Below are positions 8,397-18,777 of a stretch of DNA of 64,000 bases, piece after piece (the stretch's first letter is position 1; the number at the start of each line of letters is the position of its first letter). Where the stretch lies: NCBI GenBank assembly GCA_002733805.1, contig NVXG01000033.1:3666-67665 (forward strand), in the 5' to 3' direction. This stretch comes from Robiginitomaculum sp. GTDB taxonomy: Bacteria; Pseudomonadota; Alphaproteobacteria; Caulobacterales; Maricaulaceae. The notes below the pieces were generated by a model that saw nothing but the letters and a program-made list of their open reading frames with translations, was not told the origin of the DNA and ran no database searches. The position numbers were made by a program, and so were the translations under genes.

Positions 8397-9382
8397 GGGT
8401 TTGGCTCCGTCGGTTTCACAGTCATATTGTCTGGGTCTGTTGTTTTTGGTTCACCCTTCGGGTTTAGAGAAATTTGAGGAATTTCCACTGGTTTTTCCAG
8501 TATTTCGATGTTGGCCGTATCATGCAGATCGGTTACCAGTTTTTGAATTTCATCAAAGGTCATGAACCGGACAATCCGGGGGCGCATTTCCTCAAGACCC
8601 GGGATTTTGGCCTTGCGGCGTGCTTCAATTCGAATGATATGCCAACCATATCTGGTTTGAATCGGTCCGGACAATTCGCCAACTTTCATCAAAAAAGCAG
8701 CATTGGCAAACGGTTCAACCATTGATTCTTGGTTAAAGAAACCCAGATCGCCCCCTTCCAACCTAGTGGCAGCATCTTTGGAATATTCAAAGGCTAAGGA
8801 CGCAAAATTGCCTCCTGCTTTTACCAATTGTTGGACCTCGACGGCTTCGTTACGGGTTTCTACCAGAATATGGCGGGCGCGCACTTCTTCACCGGGTTCT
8901 GACAAATTGGCCTGTTCTTCATATAATCGTTGCACCGCATTTTCAGTAACTGCATCGGCAATGGCTCGTTCGACCAGCACATTGCCCAAAATGCGTTCAC
9001 GGGCGATCCGCAAGCGGAGCATGGTTTCAGTATCCCGTCCCAAGCCTCTTCTGATGGCTTCCAGCGCCAGCAATCGTTGATCAATCAGTTCATTTAGGAT
9101 TCGCGGGAAATCAACAGATTGGGGAGACAAGGGATCCCCCGGTTGAATCACGTTCTGCAGGGCTGCTTCTCGTTCGATATCCATGGCCGTGATCAATGTG
9201 CCATTCACCCGGGCAATGGCGCGATCACCAATGGCCGGGACGCTGAGGCCAAAACTGTTGGCATCTGCGCTGTTGGTGTTTCGCTCACAGGCCCCAATGG
9301 CCATAATCAATGCCAGAACCCAGCTGATACGGGTCATTTTTTTGGCGTGTATTCTCTTGAAAATGGTCTGGTCTATGCCCAT
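8393..9382 (-). CDS. PpiC/SurA-type peptidyl-prolyl isomerase, lipoprotein-like signal
   Basis: Parvulin domain ARHILVETRNEA...GDLGFFNQESMVEPFANAAF...TRYGWHIIRIE. I chose ATG 9382, preceded by AGGAGA with a 6-nt spacer. Signal peptide MTRISWVLALIMAIGAC. Confidence 0.8.
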   Translation of the reverse strand: MGIDQTIFKRIHAKKMTRISWVLALIMAIGACERNTNSADANSFGLSVPAIGDRAIARVNGTLITAMDIEREAALQNVIQPGDPLSPQSVDFPRILNELIDQRLLALEAIRRGLGRDTETMLRLRIARERILGNVLVERAIADAVTENAVQRLYEEQANLSEPGEEVRARHILVETRNEAVEVQQLVKAGGNFASLAFEYSKDAATRLEGGDLGFFNQESMVEPFANAAFLMKVGELSGPIQTRYGWHIIRIEARRKAKIPGLEEMRPRIVRFMTFDEIQKLVTDLHDTANIEILEKPVEIPQISLNPKGEPKTTDPDNMTVKPTEPNP

Positions 9383-9516
9383 TTTAATTCTCCTGATGCT
9401 TGAATCACCACCTGTCCTCGTTGACAGCACCCGACCGGCTCCTTAAGTCAGCCGGGAACCCCTGCCAAAGGGTATCTTTTCAATTTGATGGCATGCTCGT
9501 CAGCGCGGATCAATCC

Positions 9517-12264
9517 ATGTTAAAAATAGTACAAAAGTTATTCGGCTCTTCCAATGAACGTCTGGTGCGGCGGATGCAACCGCGCATTGATGCAATCAAC
9601 AGCTTGGAAGCGGAATTTGAAAAACTGTCCGATAGCCAAATTCAAGATAAAACCGCTGAATTTCGCAAAAGATTCAAGGATGGTGAGACCCTTGATGATT
9701 TGCTTCCTGAGGCCTTTGCCAATGTCCGTGAAGCAGCCAAGCGAACGTTAGGCCAACGGCATTTTGATGTACAATTGATGGGCGGCATGGTGTTGCATGA
9801 AGGCTCGATTGCTGAAATGCGAACCGGCGAGGGCAAAACCCTTGTGGCAACTTTGGCGGCCTACTTAAACGCCTTACCAGCCAAGGGCGTACACGTAGTG
9901 ACGGTCAATGATTATCTGGCTTCGCGTGATGCCGAATGGATGGGGCAGATCTACAATTTTCTGGGTATGAAATGCGGATGTATCGTGCATGGTCTGGATG
10001 ATGAACAGCGCCGGATCAATTACGCTTGCGACATCACCTATGGCACCAATAACGAATATGGGTTTGATTATTTACGCGACAATATGAAAAATTCGCTGGA
10101 ACAAATGGTACAGCGCGAGCACTATTTCTCAATCGTCGATGAGGTCGATAGTATTCTGATTGATGAGGCGCGCACCCCGCTAATTATTTCTGGCCCGACT
10201 GAGGATCGCAGCGAGTTATATAAAATCGTTGATACGTTGATCCCCTCTCTGGTTGAAGAAGATTTCGAGCTGGATGAAAAACAACGCTCGGTCGCCCTGA
10301 CAGAAATTGGCAATGAGAAGCTGGAGCAGAAACTAAGCGAACTTGGTCTGCTCGAGGGTGAGTTCTATGACATTGGCAATGTGGCCATTGTTCACCATGT
10401 GGTTCAGGCTTTGCGCGCCCACAAGCTTTATCTGTGTGATAAGGATTATATCGTCAAAGGCGATCAGGTGTTGCTGATCGATGAGTTTACTGGCCGTATG
10501 ATGGAAGGCCGCAGATTATCCGAAGGTCTGCATCAGGCAATTGAAGCCAAGGAAAACGTCGAAATTCAGCCGGAAAACGTAACCTTGGCCTCGATCACTT
10601 TCCAAAACTATTTCAGACTGTACAAAAAACTATCCGGTATGACCGGAACGGCTGCAACCGAAGCGTCCGAATTTGAAAGTATTTATGAATTGGGCGTGGT
10701 TGAGGTTCCGACCAACCGACCCGTGCGGCGAACCGATATTGACGATGAGTTATATCGTACGGCTGCAGAAAAATACAAAGCAGTGATCGCTGACGTCAAA
10801 GAACGTCAGGCGGTCGGGCAACCCATATTGGTCGGTACGGTTTCCATTGAGAAATCCGAAGAACTGTCGGAATTGTTCAAAAAAGCCAAAATTAAACATA
10901 CGGTGCTGAACGCTCGCTATCACGAGCAAGAAGCCGAGATCATTTCACAAGCCGGTGCGCCGGGTGCGGTGACCATTGCCACCAATATGGCGGGTCGGGG
11001 GACCGACATTCAACTGGGCGGCAATGTGGACATGCGGGTCGAAAATTGGGTGCGGACCCAGACCGAAGCGGGTAACGCACCAGATGAAAAAGCCATTGCC
11101 AAGCAGCGCGAGAAAATCGAAGCAGATGTAGCAGTCGCTAAAGCGACGGTCATTGCGGCTGGCGGGCTTTATGTCTTGGCCACTGAACGCCATGAAAGTC
11201 GACGGATTGATAATCAGCTGCGCGGCCGTACTGGTCGTCAGGGTGATCCGGGCTTGTCCAAGTTCTATGTATCGGTTGAAGACGATCTGATGCGTATTTT
11301 TGCACCTGAGCGGATGAATACCATCATGAAAACGCTGGGCATGAAGGAAGATGAGGCGATTGCCCACCCGTGGATGAACAAAGCGCTGGAAACGTCGCAG
11401 AAGAAAGTTGAGGCCCGCAATTTCGAGATCCGCAAAAACTTGTTGAAATATGATGATGTGGCCAACGACCAGCGCAAAGCTATTTTTGAGCAACGTCGTG
11501 ATTTCATGGGATCTGAAGACGTTTCGGATGTAATTGGCGACATGCGCCAAGAAGCGATTGAAGATCTAGTCAATCAGTATATGCCAGCAAACGTAATGGC
11601 CGGGAAATGGGATATCGAGGGCATGAATACCGCCCTATCCGAATTATTGAGCGGAACGGAATTGCCGGTAAAAGAATGGGCCGACGAAGAAGGCGTGGCC
11701 AATGACGAAATTCTGGAACGGATCGAAGATCATGCTGATCGGCTCTATGCCAGTATTGTTGCCAAGTTCACGCCTGAAAACATGCGGCCGATTGAAAAGC
11801 ACATCCTGCTAAGTGTCATTGATTTTCACTGGCAGGAGCATTTGCAAAACCTCGATCATATGAAATCGACCATTCATTTACGCTCGTATGCACAACGTGA
11901 CCCGTTGAATGAATATAAATCCGAGAGTTTTGCTCTGTTTGAAAAGTTGCTGTCCGACCTGCGTGCTTCCGTTACTCAAAACGCCATGTCCTACCAGCAT
12001 TTGCAATTGCAACCGCCACCAGAAGCCCCGGAAATCCGGACTGACTTGCAGGAAAACCATGCCAATCCGAATGCCGGTGGTTTGGTTGATGAGCAAGGGT
12101 TTGTCTCGGCAACAGCCGTTACCCGCCAAGCGTCCTCCAGTGTAGACCCAAAAGACCCAACGACCTGGGGGCGGGTGTCCAGAAACACAGCTTGTCCATG
12201 TGGTTCAGGCCGGAAATATAAGCGTTGCCATGGTTCTGTTGCGGGCCAACAAAAATCAGATTGA
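9517..12264 (+). CDS. secA: preprotein translocase ATPase SecA
   Basis: Canonical N-terminus [20 protein letters not shown] at the ATG in track codon 40 (track start 9400 is TTG). Walker [33 protein letters not shown], and C-terminal Zn finger [14 protein letters not shown]. Confidence 0.96.
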   Translation: MLKIVQKLFGSSNERLVRRMQPRIDAINSLEAEFEKLSDSQIQDKTAEFRKRFKDGETLDDLLPEAFANVREAAKRTLGQRHFDVQLMGGMVLHEGSIAEMRTGEGKTLVATLAAYLNALPAKGVHVVTVNDYLASRDAEWMGQIYNFLGMKCGCIVHGLDDEQRRINYACDITYGTNNEYGFDYLRDNMKNSLEQMVQREHYFSIVDEVDSILIDEARTPLIISGPTEDRSELYKIVDTLIPSLVEEDFELDEKQRSVALTEIGNEKLEQKLSELGLLEGEFYDIGNVAIVHHVVQALRAHKLYLCDKDYIVKGDQVLLIDEFTGRMMEGRRLSEGLHQAIEAKENVEIQPENVTLASITFQNYFRLYKKLSGMTGTAATEASEFESIYELGVVEVPTNRPVRRTDIDDELYRTAAEKYKAVIADVKERQAVGQPILVGTVSIEKSEELSELFKKAKIKHTVLNARYHEQEAEIISQAGAPGAVTIATNMAGRGTDIQLGGNVDMRVENWVRTQTEAGNAPDEKAIAKQREKIEADVAVAKATVIAAGGLYVLATERHESRRIDNQLRGRTGRQGDPGLSKFYVSVEDDLMRIFAPERMNTIMKTLGMKEDEAIAHPWMNKALETSQKKVEARNFEIRKNLLKYDDVANDQRKAIFEQRRDFMGSEDVSDVIGDMRQEAIEDLVNQYMPANVMAGKWDIEGMNTALSELLSGTELPVKEWADEEGVANDEILERIEDHADRLYASIVAKFTPENMRPIEKHILLSVIDFHWQEHLQNLDHMKSTIHLRSYAQRDPLNEYKSESFALFEKLLSDLRASVTQNAMSYQHLQLQPPPEAPEIRTDLQENHANPNAGGLVDEQGFVSATAVTRQASSSVDPKDPTTWGRVSRNTACPCGSGRKYKRCHGSVAGQQKSD

Positions 12265-12366
12265 TCCGGCGATTATCTGATTTGATCGTGGGCTTTACCG
12301 CCATTTGAACACGGCGCTAAGATGCAAACAGTGATTCGAATTGCCTTGGCGGGCGAGGGGGACGAT

Positions 12367-13242
12367 ATGAATGTTCGAAATACCGGCAAAATTCTGATGT
12401 TTGCAGGGGCGTTTGCCGCCTTGGCCATACCGGCTGTAGCCAACGATACAGACGTCCAATTGCGCCCTGCAGATGGTTCGATCCGATCAGCCAACACCCA
12501 AGCGCAAAACCAATGGCAGCAAGCCAACGCCAATACGTCAACCAGTTCATCTTACAATGCTGGTATTGCAGTTTCGAGCTATGATGCGGGTTCATCTAAA
12601 GGTGACAAATTAGAATTTGAAGCAATTTTGCGGTGGGACTCTGAATATATTTTCCGAGGAGCCCAACAAGCCAAGCAAAATGTTTCCGGCGGTATCGAAG
12701 CCCGGTACGGTTCGGCTTATGGTGGCGTATGGACGGTTGTGCCTACTCCCGATGGTTTTAATTCCTACCAGACGCGGATTGATGTCTATGCAGGCTACGG
12801 CTTTGACATTTCCGGTGCGGTGTATGGTGATGTCGGGGTCAATGGGTATATCCGACCCGACGATGGCATTTTGTTCGCACAGGACGATTCGATCGAAGCC
12901 TATGCCGGTATTACCTGGGACAGTGAGTTAAGCCCGGCAATTTACGGGTATTATGATTTTGTGCTGGAACGGTTTACCATAGAAGCATCAGCCAATTATG
13001 TAGTTCCGTTTGGCCGTACTGATCTGGTGATCGGCGGGGCGGCTGGATATTCCAATGGCAATGGCTTTGATTATTCGTATTTTCAGGCGGATGCGGAACT
13101 GGTGCACAACTTTACGCGCAATACCTCAATTGGGTTGGGCGGACATTGGGCTGTTTCGACTGAACCAACTTTTCTGGACGGCTTGGCCATTACCGGTGAT
13201 AATACGACATGGTTCGGCATTCGGTTGCGGACCGGTCAGTAA
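12367..13242 (+). CDS. outer-membrane beta-barrel protein (TorF/Gcw_chp-like porin family, tentative)
   Basis: Signal peptide MNVRNTGKILMFAGAFAALAIPAVA from ATG 12367. Alternating aromatic/Gly beta-strand pattern (YAGYGFDISG, YGYYDF, IGLGGHWAVS). Family call is by resemblance only. Confidence 0.55.
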   Translation: MNVRNTGKILMFAGAFAALAIPAVANDTDVQLRPADGSIRSANTQAQNQWQQANANTSTSSSYNAGIAVSSYDAGSSKGDKLEFEAILRWDSEYIFRGAQQAKQNVSGGIEARYGSAYGGVWTVVPTPDGFNSYQTRIDVYAGYGFDISGAVYGDVGVNGYIRPDDGILFAQDDSIEAYAGITWDSELSPAIYGYYDFVLERFTIEASANYVVPFGRTDLVIGGAAGYSNGNGFDYSYFQADAELVHNFTRNTSIGLGGHWAVSTEPTFLDGLAITGDNTTWFGIRLRTGQ

Positions 13243-14211
13243 TTACAATTCGCTGCGACCGATCGCATAAAACCTTGCCTTGCGTCGGGCCAGAATTTCA
13301 TCACGACCCAAGTCGGTGAATTTATCCAGTGCGCGTTCGATGGCATCGCCTGCTTTTTGGATTGTCTGTACCGGGTCACGGTGGGCGCCGCCTACGGGTT
13401 CTGGAACAATTTCATCAATAATTCCAAACGCTTTCAAATCCGTGGCGGTGATTTTCATTGCATTGGCGGCATCTTTGGACTTGGTGGAATCCGACCATAA
13501 AATGGAGGCGCAACCTTCTGGCGAAATCACCGAATAAATCGAATGTTCCAACATGATCAAGTGCGAAGCAGCCGCCAAGGCCACCGCACCGCCTGAACCG
13601 CCTTCGCCAGTGATCAATGAAATCAATGGTACGCCCAGCATCAGGCAGGCTTCGGTTGAGCGCGCAATGGCTTCTGCCTGTCCGCGCTCTTCGGCTCCAA
13701 CGCCGGGATAAGCTCCGGCGGTATCGACAAAGGTCAAAACCGGCAGCCCGAAGCGCTCGGCCATTTCCATCATCCGCACGGCTTTACGATAGCCTTCCGG
13801 TCGGGCCATTCCAAAATTATGGGTCAGGCGAGACGTGGTGTCGTGTCCCTTCTCATGGCCCATAACCATGACCGGACGGCCGCGAAAAAACCCGGCACCG
13901 CCAATAATAGCCCGATCATCACCAAAACAGCGATCGCCACGTATTTCTGCAAAATCAGTAATCAATGCCGACAGGTAATCCCGAAAATGCGGTCGGTTTG
14001 GGTGACGGGCCACCTGGGTTTTGCGCCACGGATCAAGCTGGGCGTAGGTCTCGGCCAACAATTTGGATGATTTGGTGCGCAAGGCAGTAATTTCTGTCGC
14101 GACATCCACGCCCGACTGGCCATTGGACAGGTTCTCGAGCTCTTCGATCTTGCCATCCAGTTCGGCAATCGGACGTTCAAAATCCAGATAGGTACGGTGG
14201 GGATCAGACAT
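13243..14211 (-). CDS. accA: acetyl-CoA carboxylase carboxyltransferase subunit alpha
   Basis: 322 aa, ATG start. LDFERPIAELDGKIEEL, RPHFRDY and FVDTAGAYPGVGAEERGQAEAIA are diagnostic. Confidence 0.95.
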   Translation of the reverse strand: MSDPHRTYLDFERPIAELDGKIEELENLSNGQSGVDVATEITALRTKSSKLLAETYAQLDPWRKTQVARHPNRPHFRDYLSALITDFAEIRGDRCFGDDRAIIGGAGFFRGRPVMVMGHEKGHDTTSRLTHNFGMARPEGYRKAVRMMEMAERFGLPVLTFVDTAGAYPGVGAEERGQAEAIARSTEACLMLGVPLISLITGEGGSGGAVALAAASHLIMLEHSIYSVISPEGCASILWSDSTKSKDAANAMKITATDLKAFGIIDEIVPEPVGGAHRDPVQTIQKAGDAIERALDKFTDLGRDEILARRKARFYAIGRSEL

Positions 14212-14327
14212 GGCGCACTTTTAACATAATTACCGGGTTCAAAATCCAAACTGCTGTTTGCATTGATAAAAAGCCTGTCGTAGTTTTGTTGGGCACCATA
14301 CTGACACGAAGAAGTGCCGACAAGCAT

Positions 14328-15245
14328 TCATTTTTGTTTTGACAGGGGATGGGCCGTTTCGACCAGACGCTTCAGGCGCTCGTCCAGCACATGGGTATAG
14401 ACCTGTGTGGTCGAAATATCGGCATGGCCCAGCAAAGTTTGAACCGCCCGCAGATCGGCGCCATTGGCCAGCAAATGCGAGGCAAACGCATGGCGCAAGA
14501 CGTGGGGGGACACCCGGGCCGGGTCCAATCCGGCTGTTGCCGCCAGTGATTTCAGCATGGCAAAAAAGCGTTCCCGGCTCAAATGACCGGATCTGGCTCG
14601 TGATGGAAACAGGTATCTGGCGGCAAGAGATCGATTACTGCCTTTGGGCAGAAAATCAGCTCGGACGGTGCGCCAGTCGTGGATAGCGTTCAATGCCGCT
14701 TGGGTTAGCGGGACCAAGCGTTCGCGGTTTCCTTTGCCCCGGACCAGAATCATGGTTTCGGCACGTTTTCCCGTGTGGTCGGGCAAAGCCAATAATTCGG
14801 AAACCCGCAAACCTGATGCATAGAGGATTTCTAACAGGGCCAAAATTCGAATGCCAGCTGGTCCCGGTTCTTGTGCGGCAGCGGTCAATAATTGATCCAC
14901 TTCCTTTTCAGATAGGATTTTGGGTAGAGGCTTGGCCGCTTTGGGTGCCTTGATGTGCCGAACCGGGTTGTCGGCAATCCAGCCTTCACTATGGCAAAAC
15001 CGGTAAAACCGCCGCGCCGCGCTTAAGCGCCGCGCTGCAGTTGAGGCGGCCAACCCACGGGCGTGCAAATCCAGCAACCAGGTTTCAATGTCGGTGGGTC
15101 GGGCTGATAAATAATCCTGCCTGCTGCTGGCCAAATGGCTGTACAAGTCTTCCAAGTCACGGCGATAGGCGGCCAAAGTATTGGCGGCAGCACCACGTTC
15201 AGCGCTCATCATTTCCAAAAAGGCATCCAGAGCGTTTTGGTTCAT
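14328..15245 (-). CDS. xerD: site-specific tyrosine recombinase XerD
   Basis: 305 aa. C-terminal catalytic region HVLRHAFASHLLANGADLRAVQTLLGHADISTTQVYTHV. Housekeeping context next to accA and aroK. Confidence 0.9.
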   Translation of the reverse strand: MNQNALDAFLEMMSAERGAAANTLAAYRRDLEDLYSHLASSRQDYLSARPTDIETWLLDLHARGLAASTAARRLSAARRFYRFCHSEGWIADNPVRHIKAPKAAKPLPKILSEKEVDQLLTAAAQEPGPAGIRILALLEILYASGLRVSELLALPDHTGKRAETMILVRGKGNRERLVPLTQAALNAIHDWRTVRADFLPKGSNRSLAARYLFPSRARSGHLSRERFFAMLKSLAATAGLDPARVSPHVLRHAFASHLLANGADLRAVQTLLGHADISTTQVYTHVLDERLKRLVETAHPLSKQK

Positions 15246-16903
15246 TTATGAAACCGATTGCCAAATGTCCATTCCATTGCGGCCAACCGGGCCTCGTGAG
15301 CCAGACCAAGTTCCTGTAAGGCGGATACAATCCCTGTGTTGCAAGAATTGGGCAGACCATCAAACCCACTATTACCCATCAGATCCGCAATTCGCAAAAT
15401 GGTTTCGGCAAGGGCGCCTGCTTTGGCGCTAGATGCGAGTGCGATTTGCTTGCCCAATGGGCATTGGGCCTCATTGATATTGGCCCGGGAAGACAGCCAT
15501 TGGCGCGCGATGGGGTCCAGAGGATGGCCCAAAGCGTGCAGGGCCATCAGCTCGCTTGCTAACTGGAACTGTTCTGCCTCACTGTCTGTACTGGGTAGTG
15601 CCACGTCCTTGATGCGTTTGGTGGCCGGGTTAACGATACGAAAGGGCAAATCAAACGCCCAAGCCTCCAGTATTTCCGGCTGCATAATTTTTGACCATTT
15701 TCTGGCCAGTTCAAAATCATTAGCCAACAGGCTGGCTTGCACAAAAACCGGCGCAATTTGAGCCAGATTTTGATCCAACGGCAAATAGCGAATTTCCTCA
15801 ATGGCCAAGCGATGCAAGGCCAGCCAATCGCGCAAATGCTCGCCCGGTTGTAACAAAACCGCCAACGCGTCAGCCCGTAAATTTGCATCATTTGCCGAGC
15901 GCCCCAGCGAGAATAACAGGGCAAGTCGATCCATCCCGTTTTGGGATTTTGCCCATTTCAAGCGCTGCAGATCTTGCTCAAACGGGCTTAGGGGCTGGAT
16001 TGTTTGCGCATCGGAATTTGTTTCGAGGGGAAGCTCCATTTGGGACGCGTGGGAGATCAGAATTTCAGCCATGTCAGGAACTGAAACGGCCCCGGCAACA
16101 AAGCTGTCAAAGGCAAAGCCCAAGGATCGGGTATCGGCTCGTCTGGCCAAGGCGGCTTGCAGGACAAAGGGTAAATCATCCGGGGAAACTATGTCTTTAG
16201 CCGCCTCAACCATGGCCAGTTCCAAAGCCGTTTGGACCGTTACGGTTTCTGGCTGGCTTGATGGTGTGGTCAGGCGGTTAATCCGGGTTAAAAACCCAGC
16301 ATTTTCCGGGTTAGCCTCGACTACCAGCCCGGCGATCAATTCGGCTCCGGCGATATTGCCCGCCTTGGCCATGCAAAACGCCCTGACCTTCAGCCAAAAA
16401 GGGGCGCTTCGTGCCTCATTTAACTGATTGGCGATTGTACAGGCCGGTTCTGGCTGGCCCAAGGCCAACAGGGAATTGACTGCAAAGAGGGCCGTTTGTG
16501 GATCGTGATAGCCTCGAGGGGATCGGGCGGCAATTTCTCCAGTTTCGTGCAATTTTCCTAGATTGTACGCACCAGCCAAACGCAGCACGGCCAAATGATT
16601 GTTTGGATCGCCGCCGGCTGGCAAATCGCCACCGCTGAGCAGCACCCGGTGCAGCAGATCATTGATGACGTAAGAGCCGCTGTTGGTTGGCATGTATCGT
16701 AACAAATCCGCCAGGACATCGCGCTCGGAATTTAACCATTGGTCAGCTGGCATTGGTGCTTGATGCGGCCCCAGAACCCCGATTGAAAATGGGGCGATCT
16801 GTGACAAACTGCCGACATCGACATTATCGCGAAGCTGCGCCATGGCCATGCCCGGCAGACACAGACACCCGATAAAAAAAAGGGTTTTACAGGCCCGGAA
16901 CAT
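15242..16903 (-). CDS. secreted hypothetical protein (~553 aa)
   Basis: Long ORF with signal peptide MFRACKTLFFIGCLCLPGMAMA. Track start 16909 is TTG; ATG is at codon 3. ATGA overlap with the xerD start. I recognise no family. Confidence 0.6.
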   Translation of the reverse strand: MFRACKTLFFIGCLCLPGMAMAQLRDNVDVGSLSQIAPFSIGVLGPHQAPMPADQWLNSERDVLADLLRYMPTNSGSYVINDLLHRVLLSGGDLPAGGDPNNHLAVLRLAGAYNLGKLHETGEIAARSPRGYHDPQTALFAVNSLLALGQPEPACTIANQLNEARSAPFWLKVRAFCMAKAGNIAGAELIAGLVVEANPENAGFLTRINRLTTPSSQPETVTVQTALELAMVEAAKDIVSPDDLPFVLQAALARRADTRSLGFAFDSFVAGAVSVPDMAEILISHASQMELPLETNSDAQTIQPLSPFEQDLQRLKWAKSQNGMDRLALLFSLGRSANDANLRADALAVLLQPGEHLRDWLALHRLAIEEIRYLPLDQNLAQIAPVFVQASLLANDFELARKWSKIMQPEILEAWAFDLPFRIVNPATKRIKDVALPSTDSEAEQFQLASELMALHALGHPLDPIARQWLSSRANINEAQCPLGKQIALASSAKAGALAETILRIADLMGNSGFDGLPNSCNTGIVSALQELGLAHEARLAAMEWTFGNRFHK

Positions 16904-17027
16904 GGTCAATTTTAATGGTAATTTCCGTTGTTTCCGGTTGCGCGTTGATGGCCTTGCGCTCCAGCAGGATCAATGTCGCACCGGCAACAATCACCAATAA
17001 CAGTAATCCGGTTAGCCATTTGCTCAT
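16887..17027 (-). CDS. 46-aa single-pass membrane micro-protein (below ORF-track cutoff)
   Basis: My translation is MSKWLTGLLLLVIVAGATLILLERKAINAQPETTEITIKIDHVPGL*. AGGAAG SD lies 6 nt upstream of ATG 17027. The stop overlaps the start of the downstream 553-aa gene. Confidence 0.4.
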   Translation of the reverse strand: MSKWLTGLLLLVIVAGATLILLERKAINAQPETTEITIKIDHVPGL

Positions 17028-17110
17028 TTGCGTCTTCCTTTTGTCTCGGCCTGTCCGGTTTTGCGATTTGCCATCATGGCGATCTATGCAGTATAGGATC
17101 AGGATTGATT

Positions 17111-17671
17111 ATGAAACTGGTTCTTAACCGTAAAACAAGCCAAATGCAAAACCGATCCATAGTATTGATCGGCCTGATGGGGGTTGGAAAAACAACGATC
17201 GGGCGCCGACTGGCTGCCGCGTTGGGGCTTGTCTTTCATGATGCGGATCATGAAATTGAAAAATCTGCGGGTCGCAGTGTGCAAGATATATTCGCAGATT
17301 TTGGCGAACCGGCCTTTCGGGCTGGAGAACGAAAGGTGATTTTGCGCCTGTTGCAAGAGAAACCCTGCGTACTGGCCACGGGTGGCGGCGCGTTCATGGA
17401 TCAGGAAATACGGGAGGCCATCGCAAAGCATGCCACTTCCATCTGGTTGCGGGCCGAGCTGGATGAGTTGGTGCGCCGCACCGCAAAACGAGATACTCGC
17501 CCGCTCCTGCAAAACGGCAATCGTCGGAAAATCCTGCATACGTTGATGCAAGAGCGCCATCCGGTCTATGCCGCCGCTGATCTGGTTGTTGACAGCAGTG
17601 AGGGACCTCATACCAATACGGTAGAAGCCATTATACAGGCTTTGCAGAAATTCGAGAGACCGGCTTCGTGA
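17111..17671 (+). CDS. aroK: shikimate kinase
   Basis: Walker A LIGLMGVGKTTIGRRLA, then GEPAFRAGERKV. I set the start to the in-frame ATG at track codon 47. The track N-terminal extension is implausible. Confidence 0.85.
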   Translation: MKLVLNRKTSQMQNRSIVLIGLMGVGKTTIGRRLAAALGLVFHDADHEIEKSAGRSVQDIFADFGEPAFRAGERKVILRLLQEKPCVLATGGGAFMDQEIREAIAKHATSIWLRAELDELVRRTAKRDTRPLLQNGNRRKILHTLMQERHPVYAAADLVVDSSEGPHTNTVEAIIQALQKFERPAS

Positions 17672-18777
17672 AACTTCAACAGATACATGTTGCGCTGCAA
17701 CCTGCCTCGCGCAGCTATGATGTATTGATCGGGGCTGGCGCGCTGGCATTGGCCGCGCCGCGCATTGCCACACTGGCATCTAAAAACGTATTGCCGGTGA
17801 TCACCGACCAAAATGTTGCCGAGCTGCATTTGAACACATTGGAAACCATAATGGCCAAACAGGGCATCGAGACCAGATGCTTGATCCTGCCGGCTGGTGA
17901 AGACCAGAAAAGTTTTGCCGGACTGCAAACGGTCTGTGATTTTTTGCTGGATCAGGAAATGGAGCGCGAAGATTGCCTGCTGGCTTTTGGTGGCGGTGTG
18001 ATCGGTGATCTGGCCGGTCTGGCCAGTGCATTGGTCAAACGCGGCACCCATTTTGTACAAATACCCACTACATTGCTGGCTCAAGTTGATAGTTCAGTTG
18101 GCGGCAAAACAGCGATCAATACCAAGACTGGCAAAAATATGATCGGGGTGTTTCACCAACCCCGCTTGGTTGTAGCCGATACGGGTTTTTTGCAAACGCT
18201 GGACCGGCGTCAATGGCGGGCGGGCTATGCTGAAATGTTAAAAATGGCCTGTTTGTCCGACCGGGCTTTCTTTGACCAATTGGTGAAATGCGGGCCAGAA
18301 ATGGCAAACGGCGAAGAACAGCTTCTGATCGCGGCCATCAGCCGCTCCGTGCAGGGCAAGGCCGATTTGGTAGCGGAAGATGAGTTGGAGCGTGGCCGCC
18401 GTGCTTTGCTGAATTTAGGCCACACCTTTGCCCATGCGCTGGAAGCCGAAGCACCGGGACAGATTTTACATGGCGAGGCGGTGGCTGCCGGAATGGGCGC
18501 GGCGTTTTTGCTGTCTGCCGAGTTGGGCTTCTGCCCGAAAGAAGATGTGGTGCTTTTGCAGGATCATTTGCACAAAATGCAAATGCCAACCTGTTTGAAA
18601 GATGCGCCCGGTGGCCCGTACAAAGCCCAAAACCTGTTGCAACGTATGTTGGGCGATAAAAAAAACAAAGATGGCCAAATTCACCTTGTCTTGTGCCGAA
18701 GGCTGGGCGAGGCATTTGTCACGGCGGATGTTTCCGATCAGACCCTACTCGCCTTTATGGATAGAAATTTGATATGA
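17668..18777 (+). CDS. aroB: 3-dehydroquinate synthase
   Basis: 369 aa. FGGGVIGDLAGLASA, SSVGGKTAIN and LNLGHTFAHALE. GTG start overlaps the aroK stop. Confidence 0.9.
   Translation: MKLQQIHVALQPASRSYDVLIGAGALALAAPRIATLASKNVLPVITDQNVAELHLNTLETIMAKQGIETRCLILPAGEDQKSFAGLQTVCDFLLDQEMEREDCLLAFGGGVIGDLAGLASALVKRGTHFVQIPTTLLAQVDSSVGGKTAINTKTGKNMIGVFHQPRLVVADTGFLQTLDRRQWRAGYAEMLKMACLSDRAFFDQLVKCGPEMANGEEQLLIAAISRSVQGKADLVAEDELERGRRALLNLGHTFAHALEAEAPGQILHGEAVAAGMGAAFLLSAELGFCPKEDVVLLQDHLHKMQMPTCLKDAPGGPYKAQNLLQRMLGDKKNKDGQIHLVLCRRLGEAFVTADVSDQTLLAFMDRNLI

Noticed and set aside
9400-9516. 39-aa N-terminal extension of SecA from a TTG start
   Set aside because: The canonical SecA N-terminus ([15 protein letters not shown]) begins at ATG 9517. 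The extension would run into the divergent PPIase promoter and start region.
14328-15245. Tyrosine recombinase as a marker of a mobile element
   Set aside because: The full-length XerD signature and the housekeeping neighbourhood (accA, aroK-aroB) argue against it. There are no flanking att-like repeats or cargo genes.
17099-18084. 226-aa and 158-aa ORFs antisense to aroK/aroB
   Set aside because: The sense frames carry unmistakable shikimate kinase and dehydroquinate synthase motifs. The antisense products have no recognisable features.
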